Assembly (NCBI GenBank): GCA_037379345.1
Contig: CM074525.1
Span: 3,729,170-3,793,169 of the forward strand
Length of the DNA stretch: 64,000 nucleotides
Origin: Perna viridis
Lineage: Eukaryota
Reading direction: 5' to 3'
Made by a program: the position numbers and the translations under genes. Positions 1-13,136 of this stretch are shown piece by piece. The stretch's first letter is position 1, and each line of letters begins with the position of its first letter. The notes beneath the pieces are model-generated. The model searched no databases and had not been told where the DNA came from. It saw only the letters and a list, made by a program, of their open reading frames with translations.

Positions 1-41
1 GATGTAAATAAATAGCGTGGGCGTGCACCGAGCTGTCATCT

Positions 42-302
42 CTCTACACGTTGACGTACTCCAAGTTGTTAGAGTGGGGAAACGCTCTCGGACCCAAGTG
101 GAGTCTGGGAGTAGTCCAGGGCGTCAACACAATAGCCTAGCCGCTAGTAGGACATACTCTGACTGAGTTCTTCGGTCAGGTATCCCGAAGGCAGGGCTCC
201 GCTACCTTCTACTATTAACTTGCATTACTAACAGAATCCCCGTAAGGGGCGGTTGTGCGAGATCCGTAAGGATAGTCAAGACCGCAAAATTCCCCCAATC
301 AT
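42..302 (+). mobile_element. 261-bp GC-richer, highly structured insert (unclassified non-autonomous retroposon or retrocopied structured RNA)
   Basis: Perfect 16-bp direct repeat CACCGAGCTGTCATCT at 26-41 and 303-318 (TSD). Multiple hairpins with G-U pairs and GNRA loops on + strand. Ends in a stem-loop followed by AAAATTCCCCCAATCAT. Confidence 0.75.
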
Positions 303-3076
303 CACCGAGCTGTCATCTGTTCCTTTGATCTTTTGACAGACAGTCGGAGAAGCAAATTAGCATACTACGCAAATTATGGTTCAAAGTCAAATGATTAGTC
401 TTGGCCAAAAAATGGTAATTTCTAATTACTTGTAAACTTTTATAATGTTATTGTTTATTACTTGCAGACTGTTCTGACGTCTGCTGGGGCTTACTTTTCG
501 AGGAAATTACTCCAAGTAAACCTTTGGCAACACCAATTAAAAGTGTTTGGTGCTGCACCAAGTGAATGACTTGGTGCACAAATTATTACTTAAATTCTTA
601 TAGAGTTACGGGATATTGAGTTTTTATTTATTAACTTGGTCACCTTTGTAAAATGCTTTGATCCTGCACCAAACTGCCCCAGGTGCAGTTTGCACCAAGT
701 ATATGTATGTCGAAGATTTCTGTGATTAGGATCCACTGTATCATCATATTTAATTTATCATATTGTTATAACCTATGTATGCAGAATTTAAGTTATTTAT
801 ATAAATTATTGGACTTCCATCCAATCTTTAGTATTATTTCCTACACCAGGGAATAGTTGGGGCGTTACAATACTGTACATTTTCTACATTGATTTAAGAC
901 TATATAGGTACACTGGAAGTGCTCATCCTTTGCTAAAAATTGCAATGGGATCATGATCACGACGAGCTCTATATAACTGTAATTTCTGTGTAAATTTTGA
1001 AATCCAAAAGATTTTTTTTCCTAATCGGATTAGCTAACTGACATTAGGCACACAGTTTTCATTATTAATCGCTGACTTCCTGTTCTAAATTACGTCACAA
1101 AGAATAGAAAGATTTAGTGTCAGAGGGTATGACTGTTTAGAACAGCTTTTCGTTTGTCATTTTCACGATCTAGGACTGTCAGGATTTCTGTTCAATCTAC
1201 TATCGTAGGTTAGAAGTCATCGCAACTGTCGAATTAAAAACTTTAATTGAAATCATGATAAAATAAGAAACTTTTCCATGTGTATTTAAGCTTTTCACTT
1301 ACGTGACCGAGGGTCCAATTGTAACTTCAATTCGAAGACGAATTTTCTTGCCAAATATGAAGATTTGTAACTTTTATGGACCTAACGATTTTTAACCCTA
1401 GACTCTTTTTGAATCTAACGTTTTGACAATGAACCTTTAAGAATCTTACTGTTTTACTATGGAATTGTCACTTGAAGCCTACAATTCAACGATAACAATA
1501 AAATCACCGAAAGAACAATGGGAGCTGTACGAAATAAGTGATTAGTCATTGATAGAGTCTGTCGTAAACAGGTGACAAAAACTTATTCGATGATTGATTC
1601 GTCTTCACTTGTTAAAGTAAAAATCTAATATACGTCTTGATTGGGAATAACAATTGTGTAGAGGAAAAAAGACAATAAAATTTACTAAACTACATTATTT
1701 TACAATTGTCTTTGATAAGCTCGGCGTTTAGTTTAACACAGCATAATCACCATGATGTTGCCATGTTTTTGTTTAAATTGTGTTGGTAATCAATAGGGAC
1801 CATTGTAAAATATATTGCATCTGTTTTATTTGAAAGAAGCAATCAGGCCGGTCAAGTATTCCTAAGAATCTTAAAACAAAAACATCGATTCAACAGTTAA
1901 AATATCATTGCGCTTCATTTCCTTTGGAAAACTTGTACAGCTTTAAGTTCTTTCACAGAGTTAACATTCTACAGAAAGTAGTTTTTCTACCAAAAATATT
2001 TTCTTGCACGAAATCTGGATTTCCACAAATTTTGTCACAAAATGTTTCTTGTCTCGCTTCATGCGGCCTTTCATTCTATTTAAACGTATATTTGTAATCT
2101 CTATTCCTGACCCCCTCTCTGTGATCCATAACTTTAAACAAGCGGAATGCACAAATCTATTTTATTTAGATTGAACAGGAAGGTTTTGTTTATGTAAATA
2201 ATAATTTAATACTATAATGGAATGTTATTGTCCTTAAATATGAAAGCGTATTTTGATGTATATGATTGATGGCATCACATCGTATAAATTCAACGAAATG
2301 GTATATTGTATGTATTGGTGCCAATATTTTAAGCCATATAGTGAATGTCACCGAAGAGTTATGTTGTAGATCAACATTTTCATGTTTGTTTTTACCATAT
2401 TCAGATGATGCCGATTTTGAAACAAATATTTCAATATATTGAAAACTTAAAACTATTTTCACTTAACCGAAAAGTAAGAGGCAAGAATGGGCTTGAAAAA
2501 TTAAGTTATTTCAAAGTATCCAAGAACTTACCGTAGTTATAACAATTCAATATTTTTAATTTGAAGTCAACTGCTGTTCATTATTCCAACTAGACAGTAA
2601 ACCAGTCTGTCGGATAGGAGAGTTACTCCCCTTTGTTTAAAAGTATAAAAAAAACAAGTCAGTGTCCGGAATATTAAAAAAATGACTTGTGATAATTTTT
2701 TTTTATTTACTGTTCTCTAAATGTAAAGCGAAATTACCAGACAGGAATGGAACTTTCTTTTCAAATATGGTCAATGTCAATAGAAATGGTCAGTTCATGT
2801 AACAGCTATCAATACTGACCAAATTTAGTTACCATTTTCTTTTAACGACATTCGAAAATCGATCTATTATAGTCATTTCAATGTCTTTATGTGCTATGGT
2901 AGATGCGAATAATTGCTATGATTTACCTAGATAGGACTACAGTAGCACTCCGGCTAAGAATCATGCAAAATGTGAGCCAATATATTTTTATTGTTGATTT
3001 TGTTTAAAATGCTTCAGTAAATAGAATATAGCATGTTGCTTTTCATAAAACCCTAGAAGGCTTGTTCATAAGAGAT

Positions 3077-3079
<3 letters not shown>

Positions 3080-3140
<61 letters not shown>
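3080..3140. repeat. (TA)n microsatellite
   Basis: About 30 consecutive TA dinucleotides. Confidence 0.98.
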
Positions 3141-3142
<2 letters not shown>

Positions 3143-3519
3143 GCACTGTAAAATTAACGGGCGATAATTCTGTACATGACACTAAAATACAATAGAAACT
3201 GTTGAATTTCCAATGTGGATTATCTCTTAAGAGCAGACAAATTGGAATGAATAGTTACACATTTATCATATAGACCTTTAAAGCAACGCAATAATAAACT
3301 TAAAAATGTGTAGAGATTATCACATTTTACAGAGTTTTCATGATTCTTACAAAGACTTGTTCGCACGTTAGTGGCATAATTGTAAATTTCTTTAACCTTT
3401 AACTTTTATTCGTGATTTTGTAGTCTGTAGTCTAGTATATGTTGTGTCCGGACGATCCAAGTGAACGAGAGGTACATCTTATTTAGAGATCCCGTATATC
3501 CGAATTTCCCCAGTTGTAT

Positions 3520-3720
3520 AATAAATGCTTACCCTACCCGTCCACCTTGTTTATGCTCCCAGTTTTGTAATAATCTGGTTTGCTTATTTACTTTTTGTTT
3601 CTATTTTAGTGATATATGACCGTATTTTGGTGATACATGACCGTATTTTTGTTATTTCATTTTCTGTTTTTTTTTCTTTGTCCAGTCGTTTTCCATGTAA
3701 CTTTAGTTTAATAACTGTGA
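3520..3720 (+). mobile_element. Degenerate 3' UTR fragment of Penelope-like element
   Basis: gcttaccctacccgtccacct...atgctcccagtttt matches the 3' UTR of the PLE copies at 17190-17430 and 39750-40030. Confidence 0.55.
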
Positions 3721-4460
3721 TACTTTAATCAAACTCCTACAAAAGAACGGTGCTCCATGCATGTCCTGCTCAGCCTACGTCACTCGTCAGTTTATCACTG
3801 TTATCATGGTTCCTTTGCTTTCCCTTACCTACACGTATCTGATCAACTTACAAAAATTGCAGATGAAGTTGAAATTTCTTACAAGTATACACTTACATGT
3901 TTGTGTTCATTCAGTACTTTGGTTTAATGCTATATTCACTGTCTGTTCAGCTGTATTGGGCAGATCATTCTATATTTGATGACTTCCGGTCAATATTGAC
4001 CAATCGATCTCCTCTATATACCGACTAACCATACGTCTGGTTTACATGTTATTATCCGACAACTATGGCGACCAATATGTTATAACTGGTTATATAACTA
4101 AGCTATCGTTTACATTCCTAATTAAACTTATACTGAAGGGACTTCCTAAGTTCTGTTCATCAATAGTTTTGATATCAAGTCCAACGCATTTTGCTTATTT
4201 ACGTTACTATTTTTATCTCGTCCTAGCTCTAAATCATAGTTTGTTTTAGAAAATGACTAAAACTTCAATTTCCTTTTCAATATATCATTTCTTTGTTCTA
4301 TAATAAAAAGACTCTATTGGGCCAAAGGAAGTAATTTTAATAGGGTTCTGTATCTAAAACTGCTGAACAAATCGTCCTGCTTAATGTCAGGGATATCGCT
4401 ATCGGAAAAATAACAAATTCTTCAGCCATTCTCTCTTCTCTAAAATTCTTTAATTCTTTA

Positions 4461-4629
4461 AAACAAGCTTTAGACCAAGACCTGAAAATTAATTATTTTT
4501 TTCTCGTTTATTCCATCTGGAGAATTTGTTTGTAATTTTTTATCCATAAGCTTTCAAGCAAAATCTCCAGCTGGAATTAATAAACGAGAAAAAATAATTC
4601 ATTTTTAGGTCTTGGTCTAAGGCTGTTTT
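4461..4629. mobile_element. Foldback/MITE-like inverted repeat (~170 bp)
   Basis: ~70-bp imperfect arms: ttagaccaagacctgaaaattaattatttt...ctggaga / tctccagctgg...aaaataattcatttttaggtcttggtctaa. Confidence 0.7.
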
Positions 4630-6296
4630 GATAAAAACACCCCGTTCTTGTTTTCATTCACATTCCTTATCATTTGCTTATGTGTGCCTTTCATAAAGGT
4701 ATAATCACCCACAGAGCTTAGCCAAAATAACGGCTGTTCCGTTTAACCTCCCTCGTATGGAAGTTGGATTTATTAAGAAATAAACCACATATCCAAGTAA
4801 AACAGTGCGCAGGTGCTAAAGATGGGGTTGTACCGACATATACTGTCTGACGGTATGAAGACGTCATATCAGAATGTAAATTTTGCCATCATTTGGTGAT
4901 TTTAAACATATTTAGACGTTTATACAGGAGACAGAAAAGAATGCTCCTTGAAATAGGTATTGTCTATCTTATGTTTTCTTGGATTCCACCTTTTTTAATA
5001 CAGAGACATATTCCTCATGTTGTCTCCTATTTAAAAATCTATAGTCGTGGTAACCTTTTATTCTACAGCTCAAATGTGTAAGGGAATATTTGAAATGTGG
5101 AAGAAAGAATTCTGTTCGTGTGGGGGAGCAAGATTTAGAAAAGGAAGAACGGGAAAATCGGCTCTAAGATATTTTCTTTTTCGAGTTTTTAATAATTAAT
5201 TACTGTTAAACATTGGTTAAAATTTAAGAAAATCAAAAAAGTATTGGTATTGTACTAATGTGAGACGTGATGATGGGAATAGGGGCAGTAAATGGTGTTA
5301 TTGGAAGTCTATTGGTTCCAGGATTCCAATGTAGACTTGGGGGCATGAAAAGAATTAAGGTCTGAGCAAAGAAAATTGGGGTAGGCAGAAATAGTATAAG
5401 ACACGGGTTCATGCAAAATAATTATTTCCCCAATTTTAGAGGGGCATACGCATGAATCCGCGTCTTTTACATTGTATACCATGTTTGTGCTGTAGACGTC
5501 AAAAAGTAGTCAGTATTCCACGAGTACAAAAAAATAATATAACATCCTGTCAAACTTAATCATAATAAAGATTTTGGAATCAATCATTCTCATTTTATGT
5601 TTCAGTTTGAACGTTTCAAAGAATAACAATACTGATTGACGTTGCAAAAAAAAGTTATGTGTCGTACTAAAGAAAGACAAACGGTTTATAAGTAGATGGT
5701 TCTAATTGTGCTAGATCTCGTCTGATGTGATGAGATCTTTTCAGTAGTAATTTAAGACAGGAACAGATGATCAGGGACTCGGTACCAGTGTAACGAGGAC
5801 ATGAGCTAAATATAAAGCTGATGTAATCACAGATCCCTAACACTTCGAATATCTTATTTTGCTATACAATTCTGTGTTTCATTCCTTGTAAAAAGTGGTT
5901 AAGCGGAGGTGGAGAAAACGTCCCTGGCTCAATAACTACAGTATAGAAATTAAATTCTGATTAGAATTAATCAGAATTTACTACATGGCTAAGTCTACAC
6001 AGCAAACTGTGCCACATATGTTAATCGCTTGGTGCTCGACTCATTTGCATAATCATAATTGCGATAATTTACTAATGATAGTCATATGATTATCACGAGA
6101 TTCTCATATGTTAAAGTTTGCCTTGGAAACATACATTGTATGATAATCATATCGCATTCGTTTCATATGATTCTTACGTACATACCTTCAATATGGAGAG
6201 TGCGTTAACTAAAATGACATCGGCTCTTATAGTTTGGACCATTACGTAGGGATGAGAATCACGAGGTACAAACGTAATGACAAAAAAAAAAAACTT

Positions 6297-6487
6297 GTAG
6301 TAGAGCATGTAGATAACAGCGAATAATACAGTTAATAGTCTTTGTTAAATTGTAATTACCTGGTGAACTTCCGTAGGATTGAAAAAGAGATTTAAACTTT
6401 CAATCAAACTTTCACCAGGTAATTACAATTTAACAAAAACTTTCAACTATATCATTGGCTGTAATGGCATGTACATGATCTGCTATA
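6297..6487. mobile_element. Foldback/MITE-like inverted repeat
   Basis: Perfect 27-bp inverted repeat 6341-6367 / 6411-6437, extending imperfectly outward. Confidence 0.65.
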
Positions 6488-8064
6488 TGACAAAGACACT
6501 ATTAACATAGTGCCCCGACAGCAAACATATACTATGACTGTCCTTTAAAGCTGTAAGTACCAAAAGGTCATACATCAATCTTGATCAAGGTTGTACGTTA
6601 TATAACATATAAAGAAACTAAGAAGAAAACAAACTTTAAGAAAAACTACCGTACAAACATCCATACTGAGGCTATACAACTAATGTCCTCCTTTTATCTT
6701 CGTTACCGTGTAATCGATGTAGTTCTATGGCGCTGTTATGCAGTAGACACCTGTATCATTATTAAAAACAGACATAACATGAGAACAGGCGAAAACTTTG
6801 ACGCAGAAACCATTGGTCTAAAGCAGTAGAGACACAAAAAGCCAAAAATGGTTCAATCTCAGTTTTTTAATTTATTTATGTAATTCATTAACACAAGATA
6901 GAAACAACAGCTGAATCCAGTCGAGAGCAACGTGATGAACAGTAAAAGTCATTAAAGACTTTCGTTTTCAATCCTCGAGTACCGTTGTAGAGCCATTTGT
7001 AGCTGTACTCCTTCATATATATTAACTTTTTTTCATATAGTATGTCGTCCTTCTCGGTATTTGCAAAGTCAAATGTAAATAATTATGTAATATATACATT
7101 TCTCTTTATATAGCCGCTGTTTTATGCGTTAGGGAAAGAGAAATCTCACCAAAAAAAGATAAATATACGATTATTGTTTCTTTCCTACTGCTTTCTATGG
7201 GAGTAGACCGATATTTTCTATAAAAATCGATTAGAAACTCAGTCGTAGAAAGTTATCTCCTGATACTTTGTTTTTTTTTTTCAATTACAATTGAGTTTTA
7301 TGCTTTAAATCCAATAGAAAGTTCACGTCATTTTTGATGAATGGGAGATTTGAAAAATAGCATTTAAAGAAATTTATTTCGAGAAATCAAATTTTGCAAA
7401 ATATTCCTGATAAATTTGTCACATTGACATGTAACTTGCTAATTACGTTACATTCCATGGAGAAAGCTCATTACTGACAACAGTCTCCAGATTTATTTTA
7501 TTTCATCATATTTTCTCTAATTTATCAGTGATTATTTAACACAACAATTAGTGGTGAACAATGTCGACTAAAGTATTACAGCGAACCTGGAAAATATGGT
7601 AATAATGTCAAGTTTGGTGTTCTAGCCATATTATCTCATTATCTTTTTCCCAAATTTTAATGAATTAATAATACAAAAGTGGGACCCCCTCTGGATCTAT
7701 TACAGAAATATCAAATCCATGACATGATTTGTGTCTTTATTGTATGACTTTGGATGTATAGTGATTCTCAATCCCACTTGGAAAGAATGTATCACTTCGC
7801 TTGTTTGTAGGTTCTGTGTGTTCCGTTTCCACCATTAGCTTATTTTTTTATGTTACTTGAGTATATAGGGGCAACTCCTTCGCTGTACCTGTGTAGAATG
7901 ATGTTTTGGGGCCATTTGCAGCCTGCCCTGTGGTATGAGGATTTCTTTGTCGTTAATTGAAGACCGATGGGTGGCTTTGGACTGACATTTTCATACCGAT
8001 GTGGTTGATGTCACTTTGAAATATACACGTACACTACATGTAATATCACTCAAGGATACTTTCT

Positions 8065-8300
8065 TTATTTGAAAAGACCATTATTTGATTTCTGTAGCAC
8101 TGGCTTTGCGCAGAAATTTTTCAATAGAATCTTAGAAAAAATGAGGTATTTGACAGAGTTATCTTCCCTTGAAATGTTCACTTTCAGTGCATTTCAATGA
8201 AATTTTAACTCAATGATCCGGCATGATATGAACAATCTTGTCTGTTTCCCTTGATTCTGATGGTCAAAGTCAAAGTACACTATCAAAATGATGGATTTTT
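8065..8300 (+). repeat. Interspersed repeat (probable non-autonomous DNA/Helitron-type element fragment)
   Basis: Homologous to 23660-23885 (+) and 58360-58495 (-): tatttgaaaagacca...agagttatcttcccttgaaatgttca...cagtgcatt. Confidence 0.6.
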
Positions 8301-9054
8301 TTTCCATACCATGTTTCACCGATTGCCCGATTCTTACAGAGACTGACACTAAATAAACCATCTATCTATCTGTACTATAGAAAAATCTACTCAAAAACTT
8401 GTCGTGGTTTATTAACAGTAATTTAGATATTAATCAAATAACTAAATCTACTAATTGACACGCAATGGGAGTTCTATAAAGACAGATTATCTACTTTGTA
8501 TCTGATGCACTGTCATTACTCGTTATTTCGTAATCTTCTCATTTATAACAAAGCTTGTTAATGTCACAGACTACCAGACTATATTAACTAGCAGTAGAAC
8601 TGACAAATGCGTACAGATTGCCTAAACTTTATGGAAATAAAATTTCAATAGTGTATCCGTCACCAACTACGATACAATGCCTGTCTGTCAGCGTCAATGA
8701 TTGTGTCCAACATTAAATGTGAAATTCGACTATCTGCATGTCTTTGATTTCGATGTAAGCCACGTTGAAAGTCCGTCTGTCACTGACGACGATGTAAGCC
8801 TATCTCTCATCGATTACGATGTAAGCATGTCTGTCAATAATAACGAAGATGAATCTGTCTGTCTCAGACTATGCCTGTCCCCAATACTCATTCCGAGGTT
8901 CGAATGACAGCCCGTTTGTCTCTGGCAACGATCTGTGCCTTTCCGTCGCCGACTGAGATATTTCGTCCTTTCGGCTAAGACTATGCTGTAGGCCCGATTG
9001 TTATCTAATAATATTTATGTCAATTATCGTCCTTTGGTCTTTATTGTGACAAAC

Positions 9055-9870
9055 AGCCAGTAAGTCTCATGTTGTGAAAAACAGCCTGTTAGTCTTTGTT
9101 GTGAAAAACAGCCTGTTAGTCTTTGTTGTGGCACAGCCTGTTAGTCTCCTATTGTTTCCTATTGTGACACACATCCTGTAAGTCTTCTATTGTTTTCTCT
9201 TGTGAAATACAGCCTGTAAGTTTCCTATTGTAAAACATAGTATGAAAGTCTCCTAATGTTTACTACTGTGAAAAACAGCCTGTTAGTCTCATTTTGCGAC
9301 TCTTAGCCTGTTAGTTTTTATTGTGACGCACAGCCTTGTTAGTCTCCTATTGTGATGCACAGCCTGTAAGTCTCCTATTGTGACACACAGCCTGCAAGTC
9401 TCCTATTGTGATACACAGCCTGTTAGTTTCCTATAGTAAAACACATTTAAGTCTCTTATTGTGATGCACAGCCTGTCGATCTCCTATTATGACACGGAGC
9501 ATGTTAGTCTCCTATTGTGATGCACAGCCTGTTAATCTCCTACTGTGACACACAGCCTGTTAGTCTCCTATAGTGAAACACAGGTAAGTCTCTTTTTGTG
9601 ACGCACAGTCTGTTAGTCTCCTATTGTGACACATAGCCTGTATGTCTCCTATCGTGACGCACAGCCTGTTAGATTCCTATAGTGACACACAGCCTGTAAG
9701 TCTCCTATCGTGACGGACAGCCTGTAAGTCTCCTTTCGTAGCACACAATATGTTAGTCTCCTATTGTGACACAGCCTGTAAGTCTCCTATCGTGACACAC
9801 AAAATGTTAATCTCCTATTGGAAAACACTTGTAAGTCTTTTATTGTGAAATATAGAATGTAAGTCTCTTA
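9055..9870. repeat. Minisatellite, ~28-bp unit (acagcctgttagtctcctattgtgacac)
   Basis: Tandem periodicity of 28 (e.g. agcctg at 9361 and 9389); degenerate related units from ~8640. Confidence 0.95.
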
Positions 9871-12800
9871 TTATAGTGTGAGGTCTGTATGTCTGTCTTC
9901 TTTTCTGATACAGTTGCGATCTTTTTATTCTCTCTTAAATTCTGCCAGAACCTGTTAGGAAAACTATTCTATGACAGCAGATAGAAGATGAATCTAGCTG
10001 ACAGATCCTGACAGAAGCTCTCCTTAGAGGGGATATTCTCACAACAGCTGTTATGGGTCGTGACAAAGATGTGTTCTGAGCTGTCATACCTACTGACACA
10101 AGCAAAATATACTGCGTGAAGAATAATTAATTAAAATAACACGTCCGTTTACAAATAACTATTTTAAAATGTACGGTGTATTACTCAACTTCTGATTTAG
10201 CGCTAATCCCTCAATATTCAATTATCACTCTCTCAATCAATCATGTTTCATTTTTCATCCCTCGGCACTCATAGCTCAATCACTGGTGTCTTATAGTTCA
10301 AATCGTTATTCAGTACGTACTGACAGAGAGTGTCACGACCTACAACAGATTATGACCGAGTTAGTCCAAAGTCATGGCAAGTTCTGACAAGATGTTTCGC
10401 GTGTCAGAAGAGTTTCTGACAGTTTATAACTATGACAACAAACCCTGACAGATTAGAAAAGAGGTTAGAAGTGATCGCTATTGTAAATGTCTGGCTAAGA
10501 CACAAATTATAAATATACAGTCAACTGTTTGTTTCAATAAATATCATAAAGAATGTGACAGCACCTTTCTTATTTTAACAGTGTAGATATCCTCGTGAAA
10601 TGTAACCTTTTTCCAAAGCAGCTTCCTCCAAGCATGCTAAGATAAATGCCAGTCTCTATAAAAATCGGACAGTTGGTGAAAGATGGTATGAAATAGGCCA
10701 CAAATTGGAAATTGTAATTTGTGTAATGATTTTTTTCAACCGACAAAGTCATAAACCTTCCTTTAAGTCTGCTGAGATAAAATCCAGTCTCTATAAGAAT
10801 CGGGCAGCTGGTGAAACACGGTATTAAATTATTTGCAACTTTGACAGCGTGTTACGTGTACCGAGCGTTTATGTAAAAACATAATGTTTCTCATTTCTGT
10901 ATTTCTCAAAGGGTTCTTTTAGGGGTCTTCATTTATTCTTAAGTTAAACTGTTCTCGACGCCAGAACAGGAAAACTTATTTATATAAACACAATGATATA
11001 ACTATTCTCTTTACTCAGAATTAATCTAACTAAATCAAAATCAACTCAATAGGTGTTATCTAAACCCTTAATAGAAACTTCCCACTGAGTATAAACCCTT
11101 AATATAAACTTCCCACTGAGTATACTCAGTGAGTTACTCAATGGAACATTTACTGAAACGAAATGAGCAAAGTACCTAATTCAATTTTTACTTAATCGTC
11201 ATATAAAAAACACAATTATCTTAATGGTATCTAGACGATGTCTATCGCTGAGAACGAGGCTCTCGCCAAAAAGATTATCTGATACTTAATACTACTTCTC
11301 TGTAGAAGTATCCTTTATATAACACAATTAACTTTGTATCACAATTTAGACGATGTCGATCGCTATGCGAGACTTTCTTCTAAGCTCTGTGACCACCAGA
11401 TCTAAAAGAGAGCGAATTACATGTATCAGTGGCTTACTTCAAAATCGTACACTATAACTTCTAATGACTATATATAGAATGGACTATATTTAAATCTCTC
11501 GCGATGGTCAACGTAATTGTTTACATAACAGATTAGAGGGATTCAACTGATGTATTTTGCTGATAAAAGGGTCATATAATTTGTCTAACTTTGAACAAAA
11601 TTGTTGACAGTATAATGGACAGTTGACCATAAATCAATAAATCAATTTCATTACAAGTGTAACTTGATCATTTAGCACCAAATTTAAGGAATGAAGAAAT
11701 TATAAATTTAAAGTTCTATCGAAATGCGTGCCAAATGAAATGATCATAGAAAAACAAAAACAAAAAGATTTAAAACGGAAAAAAGCGTAGAAACTCATTT
11801 TTATCTAACCTTCTAATAGGAATGTACCCATATATCCAGTGATGCAGAGATCAAATATTTAATATTATTGAAAAGAAAAAGTCTTTTTTCACATTCTGGT
11901 GACTGAAATTAGAGCATCTGATCAATGGGCTTTTCACATGCATGTTTCAGTATTTTATTTCTATTTTGCTTCAGCACGTGTATTACTTTTACGGTGACGC
12001 TTGTTTTATTCCAATTTATACACGACGAAAAGTCTGGACCCACTGTCTTGTCAATAATGGTACATTTAGACATGTTGTGTTGAAGATTATTTCGTTTTAT
12101 CTTTTTATTTTACCGTAGAAAAATAACGACAATACGATCATTATCTTATTTTTGTCAAATAAGTTATCAATAGTTATAAATATGAAGTTCGTTGGCCTTA
12201 TGAATTCTATTTTGTAGAAGATCGTCTTAAAACAGCGATTAATTTGAAGGTATAGCTGAATGGATACATTGTAGTACCTAAGGGCTTACAAATGTCGTCT
12301 CCTGACCCTGTGAATAATTGGAATTACTCCCTATTATCAACGAAACTTTTTGTTTGTAAATATAATGACAGAAATGAGACGCTTGAGAGGTTGTCCACGT
12401 AAAAAAACAGGCAGATCCTTTGATATACATGGCACATGAAAAATTTTATTCAAAAGAATTTTTTCTTCCAAATAATGTTTTGTTTATATGTTTGTATGTC
12501 CAAGTAGTAAAAAGACTTTTTAAAGCGACAATGGAAAAAAATTAAAGTTCCCTGATAAAATAACCAAGAAAAAAACCCGTAATTTTTAATAGAATTCTCA
12601 TTTTATCAACACAAAATAAAAATACATGTTGTTGGAAAATAGCCACAATTTTCGTCAAAATCAATTTATCATAGCAGCATGATACCACTTGTTTTAGGTT
12701 CAAGCTTGGAATTCGATTATGAGTATTTAGCAGCCAATAAAGCTGCCAATGAAGCCTTTCAGATAAAAGATGGTATATAAAATCATATATGATGCAATAA

Positions 12801-12984
12801 AAATGTAATTTTGTGTTAGGATTATACTGTTCCTCGAACATCAGGTGTTTATAATGCAGACAAATAAATCGATCTGAATTATCTTCTATATAATAGAACA
12901 TAACAAAGAAGAATACGTTTTGTGTATATCATCATCGATGCATCTCCGCGGAAGCCCATAGAGCACATATTCCTGAACCAAAAT

Positions 12985-13136
12985 TTTTACTTTCGCGTGT
13001 AATAACGCGAAACTAAAAGTGCGATATTTCGCGTAATAAAGTAAAATTTTCGCGTAATATTGCGATATTTTCCCATAATAAAGCAATATATTTGCGTAAT
13101 AAAGCGATACTTTTGCGTAATAACGAGATACATTAG
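12985..13136. repeat. Short degenerate ~20-bp tandem array (gcgtaataaagcgatactttc), split by the LINE insertion
   Basis: Array resumes at 16784-16830 on the far side of the LINE. Confidence 0.65.

Noticed and set aside
86-110. Twister-like CGGACCCAAGUGGAG in the structured insert
   Set aside because: Lacks the UAA cleavage strand, a closed P4 and a GA-GGG partner in the required order.
50-190. Group I intron or lariat-capping ribozyme (GAGUA/UACUC as P7, GUUGACGU/GCGUCAAC as P3)
   Set aside because: No convincing P1, P6 or J6/7 elements; the flanks are not exon or rRNA sequence; the competing loop-E hairpin explains the same bases better.
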